NCBI GenBank assembly: GCA_965249725.1
Contig: CBDFMQ010000002.1
Location: forward strand, 2,592,001-2,656,000
From: Longimicrobiales bacterium
GTDB lineage: Bacteria; Gemmatimonadota; Gemmatimonadetes; Longimicrobiales; Gaopeijiaceae
Length of the DNA: 64,000 bases
Direction: 5' to 3'
Both the position numbers and the translations under genes were made by a program. Positions 28,458 to 39,068 of this stretch are shown in pieces. Position 1 is the stretch's first letter; each line of letters starts with the position of its first letter. The notes under the pieces were generated by a model. The model did no database searches and was not told the DNA's origin. It saw only the letters and a list, made by a program, of their open reading frames with translations.

Positions 28458-29669
28458 ATGTCCCACTCCACCCAGCCCGATGTGATCGTGCTTCAAGACG
28501 ATCCGGGTATTCGAGCCGCCCGCGATCACATCCTGGCGACGGACGACCGTACGCTCCGAGACCAGGCGGCACTCACGGAGATCCCATCCCCCACGTTCGG
28601 AGAGGAGGCACGCGGGCTGCGCATGGCGGAGCTCCTCGAAGAGGCAGGGCTGCCGACCGTCAGCGTGGACCAGGTCGGCAACGTGATTGGGGTTCGGCCG
28701 GGACTGGAGACTGGGAATCCGGTCGTGCTGGCGGCCCACCTGGACACCGTGTTTCCGGCGGGAACCGATCTCACGGTGCGTGAGGAGGACGGTGTACTCC
28801 GCGCTCCGGGCATCTCCGACGACGGGCGGGGCCTGGCGGCCCTCCTCGCCGTGGCGAGGGCCCTCTGCCAGACCGAAATCTCGACTCGTCGGCCCCTACT
28901 CTTCGTGGGAACGGTGGGCGAGGAGGGGAACGGCGACCTGAGGGGTGTGCGGCACATCTTCCGCGAGGGGGGGCCGGCCCACGACGCCAGCGCCTTCATC
29001 TCGCTCGATGGAGCGGGTACCCGGACCATCGTACACCGGGGACTCGGGGCTCGGCGCTTCCGCATCGCGCTTCGAGGCCGAGGCGGGCACTCCTGGACCG
29101 ACTGGGGCACCCCGAACCCGATTCACGCCCTTGGACGGGCCATCGGAGCTCTAGCGGCCTGGCCGCCACCGACCCAGCCCACCCTGAGCCTCACCGTCTC
29201 GCGATTCGGCGGCGGGACCAGCGTGAATACGATCCCCGTCGAGGCGTGGGCGGAGCTGGACGTGCGCAGTGAGTCGGACCAGCACCTCGAGGTGGCCGAG
29301 GAGAGAATTCGAGCAGCCGTGGACCGATCCGTGGGCGAGGAGAACGCGGGATCCACAGACGATTCACACCACCTCGACGTGCAGATCACCATGATCGGCC
29401 TTCGACCTGCCGGCGCGACGGCCACGGAGTCTCCCCTCGTGGAGGCGGCGATCGCGGCGACGCGGGCCCTCGACGTGGAGCCGAAGCTGATGGCCTCGTC
29501 GACGGACGCCAACCTGCCGATGTCTCTCGGGATTCCCGCCATCACCTTGGGCGGAGGCGGACGCTCCGGCGGAGCCCACACGCTCGAGGAGTGGTACGAG
29601 AATACCGGAGGGCCCCAGGGCGTGTGCCGAGCGCTCTATACGGCGCTCCTCGTGTCGGGGGTCGGCTGA
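28458..29669 (+). CDS. M20/M25/M40 metallo-hydrolase
   Basis: AHLDTV, SDD, GEEG, GGHS, STDAN, AHT. Confidence 0.9.
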   Translation: MSHSTQPDVIVLQDDPGIRAARDHILATDDRTLRDQAALTEIPSPTFGEEARGLRMAELLEEAGLPTVSVDQVGNVIGVRPGLETGNPVVLAAHLDTVFPAGTDLTVREEDGVLRAPGISDDGRGLAALLAVARALCQTEISTRRPLLFVGTVGEEGNGDLRGVRHIFREGGPAHDASAFISLDGAGTRTIVHRGLGARRFRIALRGRGGHSWTDWGTPNPIHALGRAIGALAAWPPPTQPTLSLTVSRFGGGTSVNTIPVEAWAELDVRSESDQHLEVAEERIRAAVDRSVGEENAGSTDDSHHLDVQITMIGLRPAGATATESPLVEAAIAATRALDVEPKLMASSTDANLPMSLGIPAITLGGGGRSGGAHTLEEWYENTGGPQGVCRALYTALLVSGVG

Positions 29670-29672
29670 CCG

Positions 29673-30674
29673 CTACTGTCCGCCGACGATCTCCGAGTGG
29701 TCGACCACACTGAGTTGTCCCCGAAACGCACGGACCTGAGAGTGGGCTCCGACGAGCGAACCCCTGAGGTCGGACCACTCGACGGAAGATTCCCTTCCGA
29801 CCATGGTGTCGGCCAAGGTCGATCCTTCGACACGGGCGCCGGACTCGAGGGTGACGTTGGGGCCGATGGTACTGCCCATGACCAGTGCACCGGCCTCTAC
29901 ACGCACCGGCTCGATGATCGTACTGCCTTCGACGGTCGCGGAGTCGTCGACACCCGCCCTGCCGCCCTCCAGGAGATAGCGATTGGTGTCGAGCAGCGTG
30001 TCAGGCTTGCCGCAGTCGTACCAACCCTCTACGGGCGCCACCTGAATCTTGGCTCCGTGGTCGACCATGAACTGGAAGGCGTCGGTGAGATAGTACTCGC
30101 CGGACGGTCCCGGCCCGGCAGACAACGTGTGGGCGACCCCCTCGAACAGGAGCTGCCAGTCCCTCATGTAATAGAGTCCGATGTTCGCGAGCTTCGAGAT
30201 GGGCTCGGAGGGCTTCTCGACGATTCGCACCATGTGGTCGTCCTCGTCGGTCAGGATGACCCCATAGCGCTGGTAGTCCTCGACCTCTTTCGCCCAGATG
30301 ATGCCCGCCGCCGCCTCATCGACGCGGTGCACGAGGGTGAGGTCGGAGTCGGAGAGCGTGTCGACGAACAGGATGAGCACCTCGTCGTCCACGAAGGGTT
30401 CGGCAAGTGCCACCGCTCCCGCCGTTCCGTCCTGAATCTCCTGGACGACATAGTGGGCGGTGATGTTCGGATAAGCCTCAGCGACGTAGGACTCGATGAC
30501 CCCGCGCAGATATCCGACGATGAAGACGATCTCGTCCACACCGAGCTCTGCCAGATCGTCCAGGATGTAGCTCATCACCGGCCGACCGGCCACGTGAACC
30601 ATCGGCTTGGGGGTCAGGTGGGTGTGGGGACGGAGGCGCGTACCCTTTCCCGCCAGCGGAATGATAGCTTTCAT
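29673..30674 (-). CDS. Sugar-phosphate nucleotidyltransferase
   Basis: PLAGKGTRLRP, PKP, VEKP, WYDCG; beta-helix tail. Confidence 0.9.
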   Translation of the reverse strand: MKAIIPLAGKGTRLRPHTHLTPKPMVHVAGRPVMSYILDDLAELGVDEIVFIVGYLRGVIESYVAEAYPNITAHYVVQEIQDGTAGAVALAEPFVDDEVLILFVDTLSDSDLTLVHRVDEAAAGIIWAKEVEDYQRYGVILTDEDDHMVRIVEKPSEPISKLANIGLYYMRDWQLLFEGVAHTLSAGPGPSGEYYLTDAFQFMVDHGAKIQVAPVEGWYDCGKPDTLLDTNRYLLEGGRAGVDDSATVEGSTIIEPVRVEAGALVMGSTIGPNVTLESGARVEGSTLADTMVGRESSVEWSDLRGSLVGAHSQVRAFRGQLSVVDHSEIVGGQ

Positions 30675-30802
30675 GTGGGCGGACATTACAGGGCCGGGTT
30701 GTCCGGTGCAATCGACGAAAGGGGAACTCTCGTGGGGAGTCCGGGTCAAGACATCCGCTGTCGAACGACTCCTTCTTCGATATCGGCCCGGAGGCTAACC
30801 GG

Positions 30803-31240
30803 TTGCTGAGAGAACGCCTCGAGCGAGCCCTCACCACCAATCGGGCAGAGACCGACCCCCGGTCTCGTGATTCCCGGCTTCAGGGACGCACCTACGCCAT
30901 CCCCTTCGACCAGGTCTGGACCGCGTGCCTGTCTCTCGTACAGGGGCGGCGACGCTGGGCCCTTCTCCAGGCCAACGATCTAGACGGCGTCATCCGAATA
31001 AGGTGCGAGACGTTGGTGTTCAAGTTCATCGACGACCTGGAGATTCGGATCAGCCTGGATGAGAACGCGATGACGCGAGTCGACGCCAGGTCCAAGTCCC
31101 GCAAGGGACGAGCGGACATGGGGACTAATGCCCGCCGGATCGGACGCCTACTCAGACGGCTCGACGCGAAGCTGAACGCGGGACACGGAGCGATCCTCGA
31201 CCCGACGGTCCTGGAAGCGTGGCCTGTGGAAGCTGGATGA
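30803..31240 (+). CDS. DUF1499-like protein
   Basis: FKFIDDLEIR, SRKGRADMGTNARRI. Confidence 0.75.
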   Translation: MLRERLERALTTNRAETDPRSRDSRLQGRTYAIPFDQVWTACLSLVQGRRRWALLQANDLDGVIRIRCETLVFKFIDDLEIRISLDENAMTRVDARSKSRKGRADMGTNARRIGRLLRRLDAKLNAGHGAILDPTVLEAWPVEAG

Positions 31241-32184
31241 CGGACGGAAGCTCCGTTCGACGTCGGGTCCTCCTAGCCGTGTTCTTGATCCTGGTCGGCT
31301 GCGGGCAAGACGCTCCCCAGCCTCCGACGTCCACACGGGGCCCCGCACCGGCGGCCGGCCCCGATCGCAACCTGGACGACCGCGTTTACGAACGGAACGT
31401 CGTGTTCATGACGGTGGGCGCAGACAGCGCAATCATCGTCCCATGGCTGTTCCGGTCCTCCGCCTCGGAGTTGGGCGTCGACCGGAGCGCTGAGGCCTGG
31501 CTCGCTCGAGCCGGCCTGTGGGAGCCGTTCTTCTCCGACCGATGGGAGTCGCCCTCGACCCGATCTCCGTTCCGTATCCACCCACACGGTCCGATGGACC
31601 TTGTGGTCGGTCCCGATGGTGTCCTGGACGAGATCCTCTACGAGGAGGGACCCAGGCAGTTGGAGGTGATCATCGACGAAGGAGTGTCGGACTGGAGCGG
31701 TAGTAGGGGAGAGACCTTCCGCATTCACCAGGGGGCCGCCCATTTCGGCAATCTGAGGATCGAAGGCATGATTCTCGACATGAGCCGGGCCTGGCTGCGA
31801 GAAGGACCGTTTCCCGGTGAGTGGATGTTTCTGACGGGACCGGGGCGGTTGGCGCTCATGATCGAAGAAACGAGCGGGTCTCCGAGCTACACGGCTTGGG
31901 GCAGACGTGGCGAAGAAGAGTATCGATGGCCTGAGGTGGAGGGCGTGTGGAGTTCCGTGCGGTCTTTCGAGGAAGCGCGCCGCGACGTGCCCGTCGCCTG
32001 GGAGCTCCGATCGCGCGACGGAGATCTGGACATCTCACTCGCCAGCGCCGGCATGGACCTACGCGCGGTGCCTGGAGAGGGACCGCTCCTTCCTGTGGAA
32101 GGGCTGTATCAGGTCTCCGGAACCGTAGTCTTGGGTGGGGATTCCTTGGACGTGCGCGGGCTCGTGCGCCACGTGCAGAGGTGA
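31237..32184 (+). CDS. Hypothetical lipoprotein
   Basis: Lipobox LVGC; ATGA overlap with upstream gene. Confidence 0.75.
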   Translation: MTDGSSVRRRVLLAVFLILVGCGQDAPQPPTSTRGPAPAAGPDRNLDDRVYERNVVFMTVGADSAIIVPWLFRSSASELGVDRSAEAWLARAGLWEPFFSDRWESPSTRSPFRIHPHGPMDLVVGPDGVLDEILYEEGPRQLEVIIDEGVSDWSGSRGETFRIHQGAAHFGNLRIEGMILDMSRAWLREGPFPGEWMFLTGPGRLALMIEETSGSPSYTAWGRRGEEEYRWPEVEGVWSSVRSFEEARRDVPVAWELRSRDGDLDISLASAGMDLRAVPGEGPLLPVEGLYQVSGTVVLGGDSLDVRGLVRHVQR

Positions 32185-32188
32185 CGGC

Positions 32189-33757
32189 GTGCCCGAAGAA
32201 CTGATACGCGCTCTCGTCGCCATCGGCTTCGGGTCCCTCGCGGGAGGGCTCACGAACACGGTGGCGATCTGGATGCTCTTCCATCCGTATGAGCCCCCGC
32301 GTATAGGGAAGCGGGGCATCAAGATGCTCCAGGGGGCCATTCCCAAGAACCAGGCTCGGTTGGCGGCCGCCGTAGGGCGCACCGTGGGGACGCGGCTGCT
32401 CACCGAGGAGGATCTGGGAGAGATCTTCTGCGACGAGGATTTCCGGACGGCTTTCGACGGTCATCTGTCGGGCTTTCTGGATGCTCTTCTCCACCGTGAG
32501 CGGGGCTCGGTTCGAGACCTCTTCCCCGAGGCCATGCATGAGCAGGTGGAAGGGATAGTGGACGATGTGGCCGTGTTCGGCCTCGAGCGCCTGGACGAGT
32601 ACCTGCTGTCGGATCGCTTCGCCGAAACGGTAACGGCACGAGCCGGAGACATCGTCCACTCGATCGCCGACGAGCCGGTGGCGGGCATCCTGACGCCGGC
32701 TCGAGAAGGAGCCATCTCGGAGGCCGTCGACGACTGGATAACCGGAGCGGTCGAGAGCGAGGACTTCAGCCAGGCCATCGACGACTACCTCGATCGGGCG
32801 GCCCGGAGACTCCTCGAGCCCGATCGCACCTTCGAAGAGGTTCTCCCACTCGGACTGGTCGGAGCGGTCGAGAAGGGGATCGCCGCGTACCTTCCGCTCG
32901 CAATCCAACGACTGGGATCACTGCTGGAGGATGAGGAAGCGCGTGCCAAGTTCGAAACGTTTGTGCACGACCTTCTCCATCGCTTCCTCGGTGATCTCAA
33001 GTTCCATCAGAGGGTGGTCGCCAAGCTCATCATCACCGAGTCCACCGTCGACATGGTCCTGGACACCATCGAGGCCGACGGAGCCGAGCGCCTCACCGAG
33101 ATGCTCCAGGAAGAGGCCATGCAGGACGCGATGGCGCGCGGGATCAACGACGCGATCGTCGATTTCCTGAGACGACCCGTGACATCGGTACTGGGAGATC
33201 CGGACGATCCCAGCGTCCTGGACGCCAGGGAGACCGTCGTTGGATGGTTCGTAGGCCTGGCACAGGACCCGACGTCACGCAGCTTCGTGGTCGAGAAGCT
33301 TGAGGTGGCCCTAGACAAGATGGGCGCGCGTACCTGGGGCGAGGTCTTCGAGAAGCTGCCTCCCGATCGCGTGGCCGAATGGCTGGTGGCAGGGGCTCGG
33401 AGCGAAGCCGCTACGACGCTCTATCGCGAGGCCGCCGGCCGGCTCTCGAAGAAGATCTTGGAACGCCCCATCGGCACGCCGTCCGACTGGCTACCCGACG
33501 GTGCTGCCCGAACCGCCGAAGAGACCCTGGGTGACCCGATCTGGGAATGGCTGCAAACCCAGGTGCCCGACGTGGTACAGCAGATCGACGTGGCGGGGCG
33601 TGTGGAGGAGAAAGTCCTGGCCTTCCCTCCCTCGAGGATGGAAGAGCTCGTGAAGAAGGTCACGCACAAAGAGCTCAAGATCATCGTGCGGTTGGGCTAT
33701 CTGCTCGGGGGGATCATCGGGATCGCGTTGGTGATCATCGACAGCATCTGGGGATGA
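32189..33757 (+). CDS. DUF445 family membrane protein
   Basis: TNTVAIWMLFHP, QGAIPK, ELKIIVRLGYLLGG. Confidence 0.88.
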   Translation: MPEELIRALVAIGFGSLAGGLTNTVAIWMLFHPYEPPRIGKRGIKMLQGAIPKNQARLAAAVGRTVGTRLLTEEDLGEIFCDEDFRTAFDGHLSGFLDALLHRERGSVRDLFPEAMHEQVEGIVDDVAVFGLERLDEYLLSDRFAETVTARAGDIVHSIADEPVAGILTPAREGAISEAVDDWITGAVESEDFSQAIDDYLDRAARRLLEPDRTFEEVLPLGLVGAVEKGIAAYLPLAIQRLGSLLEDEEARAKFETFVHDLLHRFLGDLKFHQRVVAKLIITESTVDMVLDTIEADGAERLTEMLQEEAMQDAMARGINDAIVDFLRRPVTSVLGDPDDPSVLDARETVVGWFVGLAQDPTSRSFVVEKLEVALDKMGARTWGEVFEKLPPDRVAEWLVAGARSEAATTLYREAAGRLSKKILERPIGTPSDWLPDGAARTAEETLGDPIWEWLQTQVPDVVQQIDVAGRVEEKVLAFPPSRMEELVKKVTHKELKIIVRLGYLLGGIIGIALVIIDSIWG

Positions 33758-33819
33758 CGCTGACCTGGCTGGCCTATAGTCGGGTGGAGACCCGGTGGAG
33801 AGCCGTTGGTGTGTGGCCT

Positions 33820-34077
33820 CTAGTCCTTGGAGCGCTCTTCCGGCTGATCCCGAGCCACGGCCGTCTTGAAGTGCTGGCGTCCACGCCGCCGCTCGGAACC
33901 TCTCGGGTTGGCCTTCAGGTAGTTGAGCCACATGAAGTGCCGCTTGGCCTTACGGGGTTGTCCCTTGCCTAGACGCGCGGCGACTTCGTCCTGTGACTGG
34001 TTGAAGTTTCCCGCCCCCAGGTAGACACCGAAAGCGAGAGCGAGCACGCCACCCAGGATCTTGAGGAAGAGGACCAC
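33820..34077 (-). CDS. Small hypothetical membrane protein
   Basis: N-terminal TM helix, basic tail, GGAG RBS. Confidence 0.65.
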   Translation of the reverse strand: MVLFLKILGGVLALAFGVYLGAGNFNQSQDEVAARLGKGQPRKAKRHFMWLNYLKANPRGSERRRGRQHFKTAVARDQPEERSKD

Positions 34078-34110
34078 GCCTGGCTCCGGTTCGGATGGTC
34101 GGGACCGGCC

Positions 34111-34257
34111 TCAGGCCCGTCCCACCGACTCCAGGAAAAGGAGGGCCAGGCCCGTCGCCAGAATGATGGCAACCGCGTTGGTACCCACCGCCACCAAGCC
34201 GACCACACCCCAGAACACTATGTGGATGAAGTTGTAGCCACCTGGAAGAAGATTCAT
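34111..34257 (-). CDS. 48-aa hydrophobic small protein (absent from ORF track)
   Basis: MNLLPGGYNFIHIVFWGVVGLVAVGTNAVAIILATGLALLFLESVGRA*. Confidence 0.6.
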   Translation of the reverse strand: MNLLPGGYNFIHIVFWGVVGLVAVGTNAVAIILATGLALLFLESVGRA

Positions 34258-34338
34258 CGCTCTGCGTGTTGAGGTGTCAATCGTCCCGAAGACGCCCGGA
34301 ATATGTGGAAGGCGTCATCGGTCTTCAATGGTCGGCCG

Positions 34339-34839
34339 TCAGTCCGGCTTGTGGAGGTGGGGATGGTCCTCGTGATCGGCCGAGTCCCGTCCAACCTCCA
34401 CACGCTTCTTAACGTCTGCCAGGTAGCCCGGAGACACGTCGAGAAGATTGCAGACCTTTCTCAAAAGGGCCTCTTCGTGGTTCGACAGATCTCCGTCCGC
34501 GTAGACGAGCCCCCACATCACCTCCATCAAGACCATTTTCTGTCCCAGCGAGTAGCTGGCCTTGATGAGCTTCGTGAATTGATAGAGATCGACCGCCTCT
34601 CGCCGAGCCGCTTCGGCCAAGCTGATCAGCTCTGCCGCATGCTCTTCCTCGAGACCGTACTGGCGCCGGACCGCGGAGGTCAGGTGACGACGCTCGTCGT
34701 CCGAGAACTCGTCATCTGCATAGGCTAATTCGATGAGGAGGGCGCAGGCGGCAAGACGTACGTCTTCGTCGCCTAACTCCTCTTCCCCGGCCGTCGGGGC
34801 CATGGAGGCACTGAAAAACGACTTGATGGCATCGAGCAT
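34339..34839 (-). CDS. TerB family protein
   Basis: AACALLIELAYADDEF, VYADGDLSNHEE; AGGAG RBS. Confidence 0.85.
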   Translation of the reverse strand: MLDAIKSFFSASMAPTAGEEELGDEDVRLAACALLIELAYADDEFSDDERRHLTSAVRRQYGLEEEHAAELISLAEAARREAVDLYQFTKLIKASYSLGQKMVLMEVMWGLVYADGDLSNHEEALLRKVCNLLDVSPGYLADVKKRVEVGRDSADHEDHPHLHKPD

Positions 34840-34993
34840 CGACCACTCCTTGACCCGACCGCTGACGCGGCGGTCAAAGTTCCGATCCGAGTGAGAGGAG
34901 ATGCTAACGCGGCGTCCGGGTCTATGCCAGATCTCACGCGGGAGCCCTGGCAACCGCTGCCCAGATGACCCGAGGGACCCCGTCGACGGGCCC

Positions 34994-36694
34994 CTAGAGC
35001 TCCAGCTGTCGCACCTTCTGCACCCCCGTTCGCAGCGGAAGAACGATGCAGACCACCGTCAGGGCGAGTGCCCCCGCAGCGCCCAGCACCAGGGGTAGGA
35101 TGCCCACCGATGCGCCTGGCGCCTCCAAGGGGGCCTGCAGGAAACGGTATACAGGCCAAGCCAGAAGTATGACGACACCGCCCAAGTAGCTGACGGCCGC
35201 CATCATGAAGACCAGTCCTCCGAAAGAGGTCGGAATCTCCGCCATGTTGTCGGTATCGTAGTTCGGGTAGATAGCCCCGAAGCCGAGGGCCAGGGCCGTC
35301 ATGGCCAGCGTGATGCTGATCATGGCCACCGTCGTGAGCACGAGAATGAGGGTGGTCGCCTCGAGAATGATGTTCGTGAGGACGATGAGAGGCAGAGCGA
35401 CGGCCAAGAGCGGGACGGTGCCCACCCAGTACTTCGTCAGGAATAGGGTACGCACGTCCAGAGGGGACGACCTCAAGAGCCAGGTCATCCTTCCTTCCAG
35501 CGACATTCCGGGGAAAACGAATCGGGCCGCGATGGCCGCGACCACGAAACCGGCGAGCCCGAGGTTCAGAAAGGAGACGGCATTGATCAGGAAGAAGGAG
35601 ACCTGCTCGCCGGTATAGAGGGGGAGCACCTTGATGTTGTAGACGTAGACCACGACGAGGACCGCCAAGAGGATCAGCTGAGACCACTGGGTCGTGTCCC
35701 GAAAGAAGACCCGGATCTCCTTGGCCACGAGTTGACGCGTGGCTGGAGCGGTCCAAGCCAATCGCTTTTCCAGACTGGTCGTCCTGATCCGGCCCTCTCG
35801 CCGCTCGGAGCCTTCCTGGGCTCGAGTGAACCCGGAACGGAAGAACCGGTGGTGCAGCCAGGCACCCCCCACGAAGGCGGCCGCCGCGGTGCTCCACAGA
35901 AGCCCGAACGGAAAAGGATCGACGGCTCCGTTTAGGTGGGACATGAGAGTGCCAGCCGCCCACTCATTCGGGAACCAGGGAGAGGTCGGGGTCCTCAACA
36001 CCGCCATGAAGTCCACCAGATCGCGGAATTCCTCGGGCCGCACCAAGCGCTCCGGCCGGAGAAAGCGAAAGAGGACGACCACGCCCGCCGCCGAGAACAG
36101 TCCTATGAGCGCCAGGAGATCTCGTGTGCGCCGGGCAGGAAACACGTTTACGAGGATGAGTGTGAAGGCGGTTCCGACGACGGCGGGCAGCACGAGGTAG
36201 GGGATCAGGGTGGCGACGGCGAGACCGTAGAACGACCACCCGGCACCGTACACCACTCCGTACGCTGCCAGGAGCGGAATGGCCAGGAGCGCCACCATCC
36301 ACGAGGAGTCCACGATGGTCTCGACGAGCCGTGCTCCGTACAGCTTCACGGAGTCCACGGGCGACGCCACCAACAGCTCCATGTCCTTCGAGAGGAAGTA
36401 CGTGGAGAGCGCGGTGATGACGTTGGAGAGGAGCAGAATCATCAAGAACGTCAGGAGCGCCAAGCCCAGGAGCTTTCCGGCCAGCAGGTCGCCAATGCCC
36501 TGCGTTCCCCGGAAGTAGAGCAGCATCCTGAAGATGATCCCGAAAATGAACGACCAGAAGAAGATGCCCACGAAGCCCAGTACGCCCCACTTGAACAGGC
36601 GTCCCTCTTCCTTCTTGTTGCGATTGAGCTTCGAACGGACCTTCGGCCGGAGCAGCCACAGGATTCCGGCACCGCGAAACGTGGTGCCGTTCAC
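34994..36694 (-). CDS. Putative ABC-2 type exporter permease
   Basis: Many TM helices; KEIRVFFRD, SLEG...LLRSSP; adjacent ATPase. Confidence 0.85.
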   Translation of the reverse strand: MNGTTFRGAGILWLLRPKVRSKLNRNKKEEGRLFKWGVLGFVGIFFWSFIFGIIFRMLLYFRGTQGIGDLLAGKLLGLALLTFLMILLLSNVITALSTYFLSKDMELLVASPVDSVKLYGARLVETIVDSSWMVALLAIPLLAAYGVVYGAGWSFYGLAVATLIPYLVLPAVVGTAFTLILVNVFPARRTRDLLALIGLFSAAGVVVLFRFLRPERLVRPEEFRDLVDFMAVLRTPTSPWFPNEWAAGTLMSHLNGAVDPFPFGLLWSTAAAAFVGGAWLHHRFFRSGFTRAQEGSERREGRIRTTSLEKRLAWTAPATRQLVAKEIRVFFRDTTQWSQLILLAVLVVVYVYNIKVLPLYTGEQVSFFLINAVSFLNLGLAGFVVAAIAARFVFPGMSLEGRMTWLLRSSPLDVRTLFLTKYWVGTVPLLAVALPLIVLTNIILEATTLILVLTTVAMISITLAMTALALGFGAIYPNYDTDNMAEIPTSFGGLVFMMAAVSYLGGVVILLAWPVYRFLQAPLEAPGASVGILPLVLGAAGALALTVVCIVLPLRTGVQKVRQLEL

Positions 36695-37539
36695 TGCGTC
36701 TCCTGAAGGCCGGCCACCACCTCGGCCATGTCCTCGTTGCCCGTCATCTTGAGGAAGATCTCCTCGAGATGGGCCTCGCCGGAGTCGACCTGCAATCGCA
36801 GGTCGTCCATCGTGCCCTTGGCGATGATGTCTCCGTTCCGGATGATGGCGATGCGGTCACACACGGCCTCGACGACCTCGAGGGTATGGCTGGACAGGAA
36901 GACGGTGCCGCCCCGGTTCGCGAACGCCCTGAACAGGTCCTTGAGGATCCGGGCCGATCGAGGATCGAGCCCCACCATGGGCTCATCCACCACGATGAGC
37001 TCGGGTTGATGGATCAGCGCCGAGGTGATGAGCAGCTTCTGGCGCATCCCGTGGGAGTAGCTCTCGATGAGCTCGTCCTTCCAATAGGTGAGGCTGAAGA
37101 CCTCGAGCAGTCCGTCCGCACGCGCCTCGGACGAGTGCTCGTCCTTGCCCCAGAGGCCCGCAACAAAGCGCAGAAACTCCCCTCCGGAGAGCTTCTCATA
37201 GAGATAGGGTCGGTCGGGGATGTACCCGATGCGGGACTTGGCCTGCATCGGGTGGGCCCCGAGGTCGTTCCCGCCGATGACGATCTTACCGGCGGTAGGT
37301 TCGAGCACGCCCGCGACCATTCGAATCGTCGTGGTCTTCCCTGCGCCGTTGGGACCGAGAAACCCGAAGATCTCCCCCCTGGGTACCGTGAGATCGATGC
37401 CGTTTACGGCCGTGAAGCCACCATAGCGCTTCACGATGCCCTCCAGTTGGAGCATCTCCGGCGTCGCGTCTTCACCGGTCCCTACTCCGTCCATGAGTTC
37501 GGCAAGACGGGCCTCGAGGCCGGAGCTCGTACGGTGCAT
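36691..37539 (-). CDS. ABC transporter ATP-binding protein
   Basis: GPNGAGKTT, YSHGMRQ, VVDEP, SSH. Confidence 0.93.
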   Translation of the reverse strand: MHRTSSGLEARLAELMDGVGTGEDATPEMLQLEGIVKRYGGFTAVNGIDLTVPRGEIFGFLGPNGAGKTTTIRMVAGVLEPTAGKIVIGGNDLGAHPMQAKSRIGYIPDRPYLYEKLSGGEFLRFVAGLWGKDEHSSEARADGLLEVFSLTYWKDELIESYSHGMRQKLLITSALIHQPELIVVDEPMVGLDPRSARILKDLFRAFANRGGTVFLSSHTLEVVEAVCDRIAIIRNGDIIAKGTMDDLRLQVDSGEAHLEEIFLKMTGNEDMAEVVAGLQETQ

Positions 37540-39065
37540 CAAATGACCTCGATGTTGAGGCGGCCGATGAGTCGGATGATCTCGACCTGCTGCGCGAGTC
37601 CCCCGATCACGAACCGGATGTGAGAGGCGTCGGCCGGGTATTGACCGAAGGTCGGGTCCACCGCGACCCACTCCCCAAGCCACACTTCGGGCCAAGCATG
37701 ATAGAAAAACGAGTCGTTCAGGTAGACGAGCCCGACGGCCGTGCGGGCCGGCAGGCCCAGAGCCCGGGCCATGGCCACATAGAGCACCGTGTGCTCGTTA
37801 CAGTCACCCTGCCTCGACTCGAGTACCTGTAGGGCGCTGGGGACGGAGAAGGTCACGCTCTTGGAGAGCATGCGATCCACGCGAGTGGTGAGCCGTTGGG
37901 CCGCCGCTTTCGGATCCCGCAGCCATCGCCCCACGGCCTGGCGGGCTTCGCGCTGGATTCGAGGATCGTCGCTCTGGATCAGCGGCTCCGCCTCGAGCTC
38001 ACTACGCATGTCCATCAGCTTGTACGGGAGCGAGAAGTCGGGCTCGATGGCCGCCCAGTTCTCGCGACGCACGATGAGCGTGTCGCCTCTCAGCGTCTGC
38101 CGTCCCCCGTCCAGCTGGAACCCCTCGAGCTCCACACCCGTGAGGCGGAACCGGAGCACGTCATGCTCCTCCACGACCCCCAGGTCGGCGTTGCTCTGGA
38201 TGGCGGTCGACAGGATCACGTCCTCGTCGACGACCAACGTGGCGAGGCCCTCGGCCTCTTCCTGAGCCTGCCTGGCCAGCTCGTACTCCGTCTTCTCCAT
38301 CGTGAAGCCGAGGGCGCTCGAAGCGCTGATGACGCGGCCGTCGTGGTCTACCCAACTCTCGACCTGCACGCCGCCGTGCACCTCGGCAATCTTCCAAGCG
38401 GGAATGGAGTCGAACCGGGCCGGCTCCCAGCGGTTGGTGCTCGGGTTCAGATAGGCACTGTCCGGCACCATGATCGTGTCGTGCTCGAGGACCCGGACCT
38501 CGACCGCCCTGGTGGCCAGCGTGGAGGGGTCGAAGACCGGAAGACGCAGCGTGTTGCCGACCACCAACTCGCCGGCCATGGCGACACGAATGGGCAAGGC
38601 GGCCGAGAAGATGGGCGGCTCCGCCATTCGGTACGAGACTTCCTGTGCGGACCCGCCGGCCTCGATAGTGACGTTCAAGGTCGAGTCCGCACCCAGTGTA
38701 CCATCGGCCCGGAATGTCCCGACCTCGGAGTCCAGGGAGAACGAGAAGGACTCCATGACCAGGGCCGGGCTGAGGCGAACCAGGGTCCGCGCGACCGCCG
38801 AGCCCGTCTGCCCCAGCGCCGGAAGGTCCAGGATCATGACGTCCTCGAGCTCGAACCCTTCGGGAATCGTGTCGAGGCGCGATGTGGCCTGGCCCACCGC
38901 GCGCTCACCCATGCGCAGCGTGTAGAAGCTCACGCCCGGAGCCAGCGACAACGCCGCCTCGGTCAGTCGAGTCAGCTCCGGCTGGAAGTACTCCCGCCTG
39001 ACCTGCCATCCCACCATAGCGAGCCAGATCGCGACGATCGTCAGGGCCAACGCCTTCCGCCTCAT
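37539..39065 (-). CDS. Transglutaminase-like domain protein, N-terminally anchored
   Basis: GDCNEH, HAWPEV, VDPT catalytic triad. Confidence 0.88.
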   Translation of the reverse strand: MRRKALALTIVAIWLAMVGWQVRREYFQPELTRLTEAALSLAPGVSFYTLRMGERAVGQATSRLDTIPEGFELEDVMILDLPALGQTGSAVARTLVRLSPALVMESFSFSLDSEVGTFRADGTLGADSTLNVTIEAGGSAQEVSYRMAEPPIFSAALPIRVAMAGELVVGNTLRLPVFDPSTLATRAVEVRVLEHDTIMVPDSAYLNPSTNRWEPARFDSIPAWKIAEVHGGVQVESWVDHDGRVISASSALGFTMEKTEYELARQAQEEAEGLATLVVDEDVILSTAIQSNADLGVVEEHDVLRFRLTGVELEGFQLDGGRQTLRGDTLIVRRENWAAIEPDFSLPYKLMDMRSELEAEPLIQSDDPRIQREARQAVGRWLRDPKAAAQRLTTRVDRMLSKSVTFSVPSALQVLESRQGDCNEHTVLYVAMARALGLPARTAVGLVYLNDSFFYHAWPEVWLGEWVAVDPTFGQYPADASHIRFVIGGLAQQVEIIRLIGRLNIEVI

Positions 39066-39068
39066 GGG

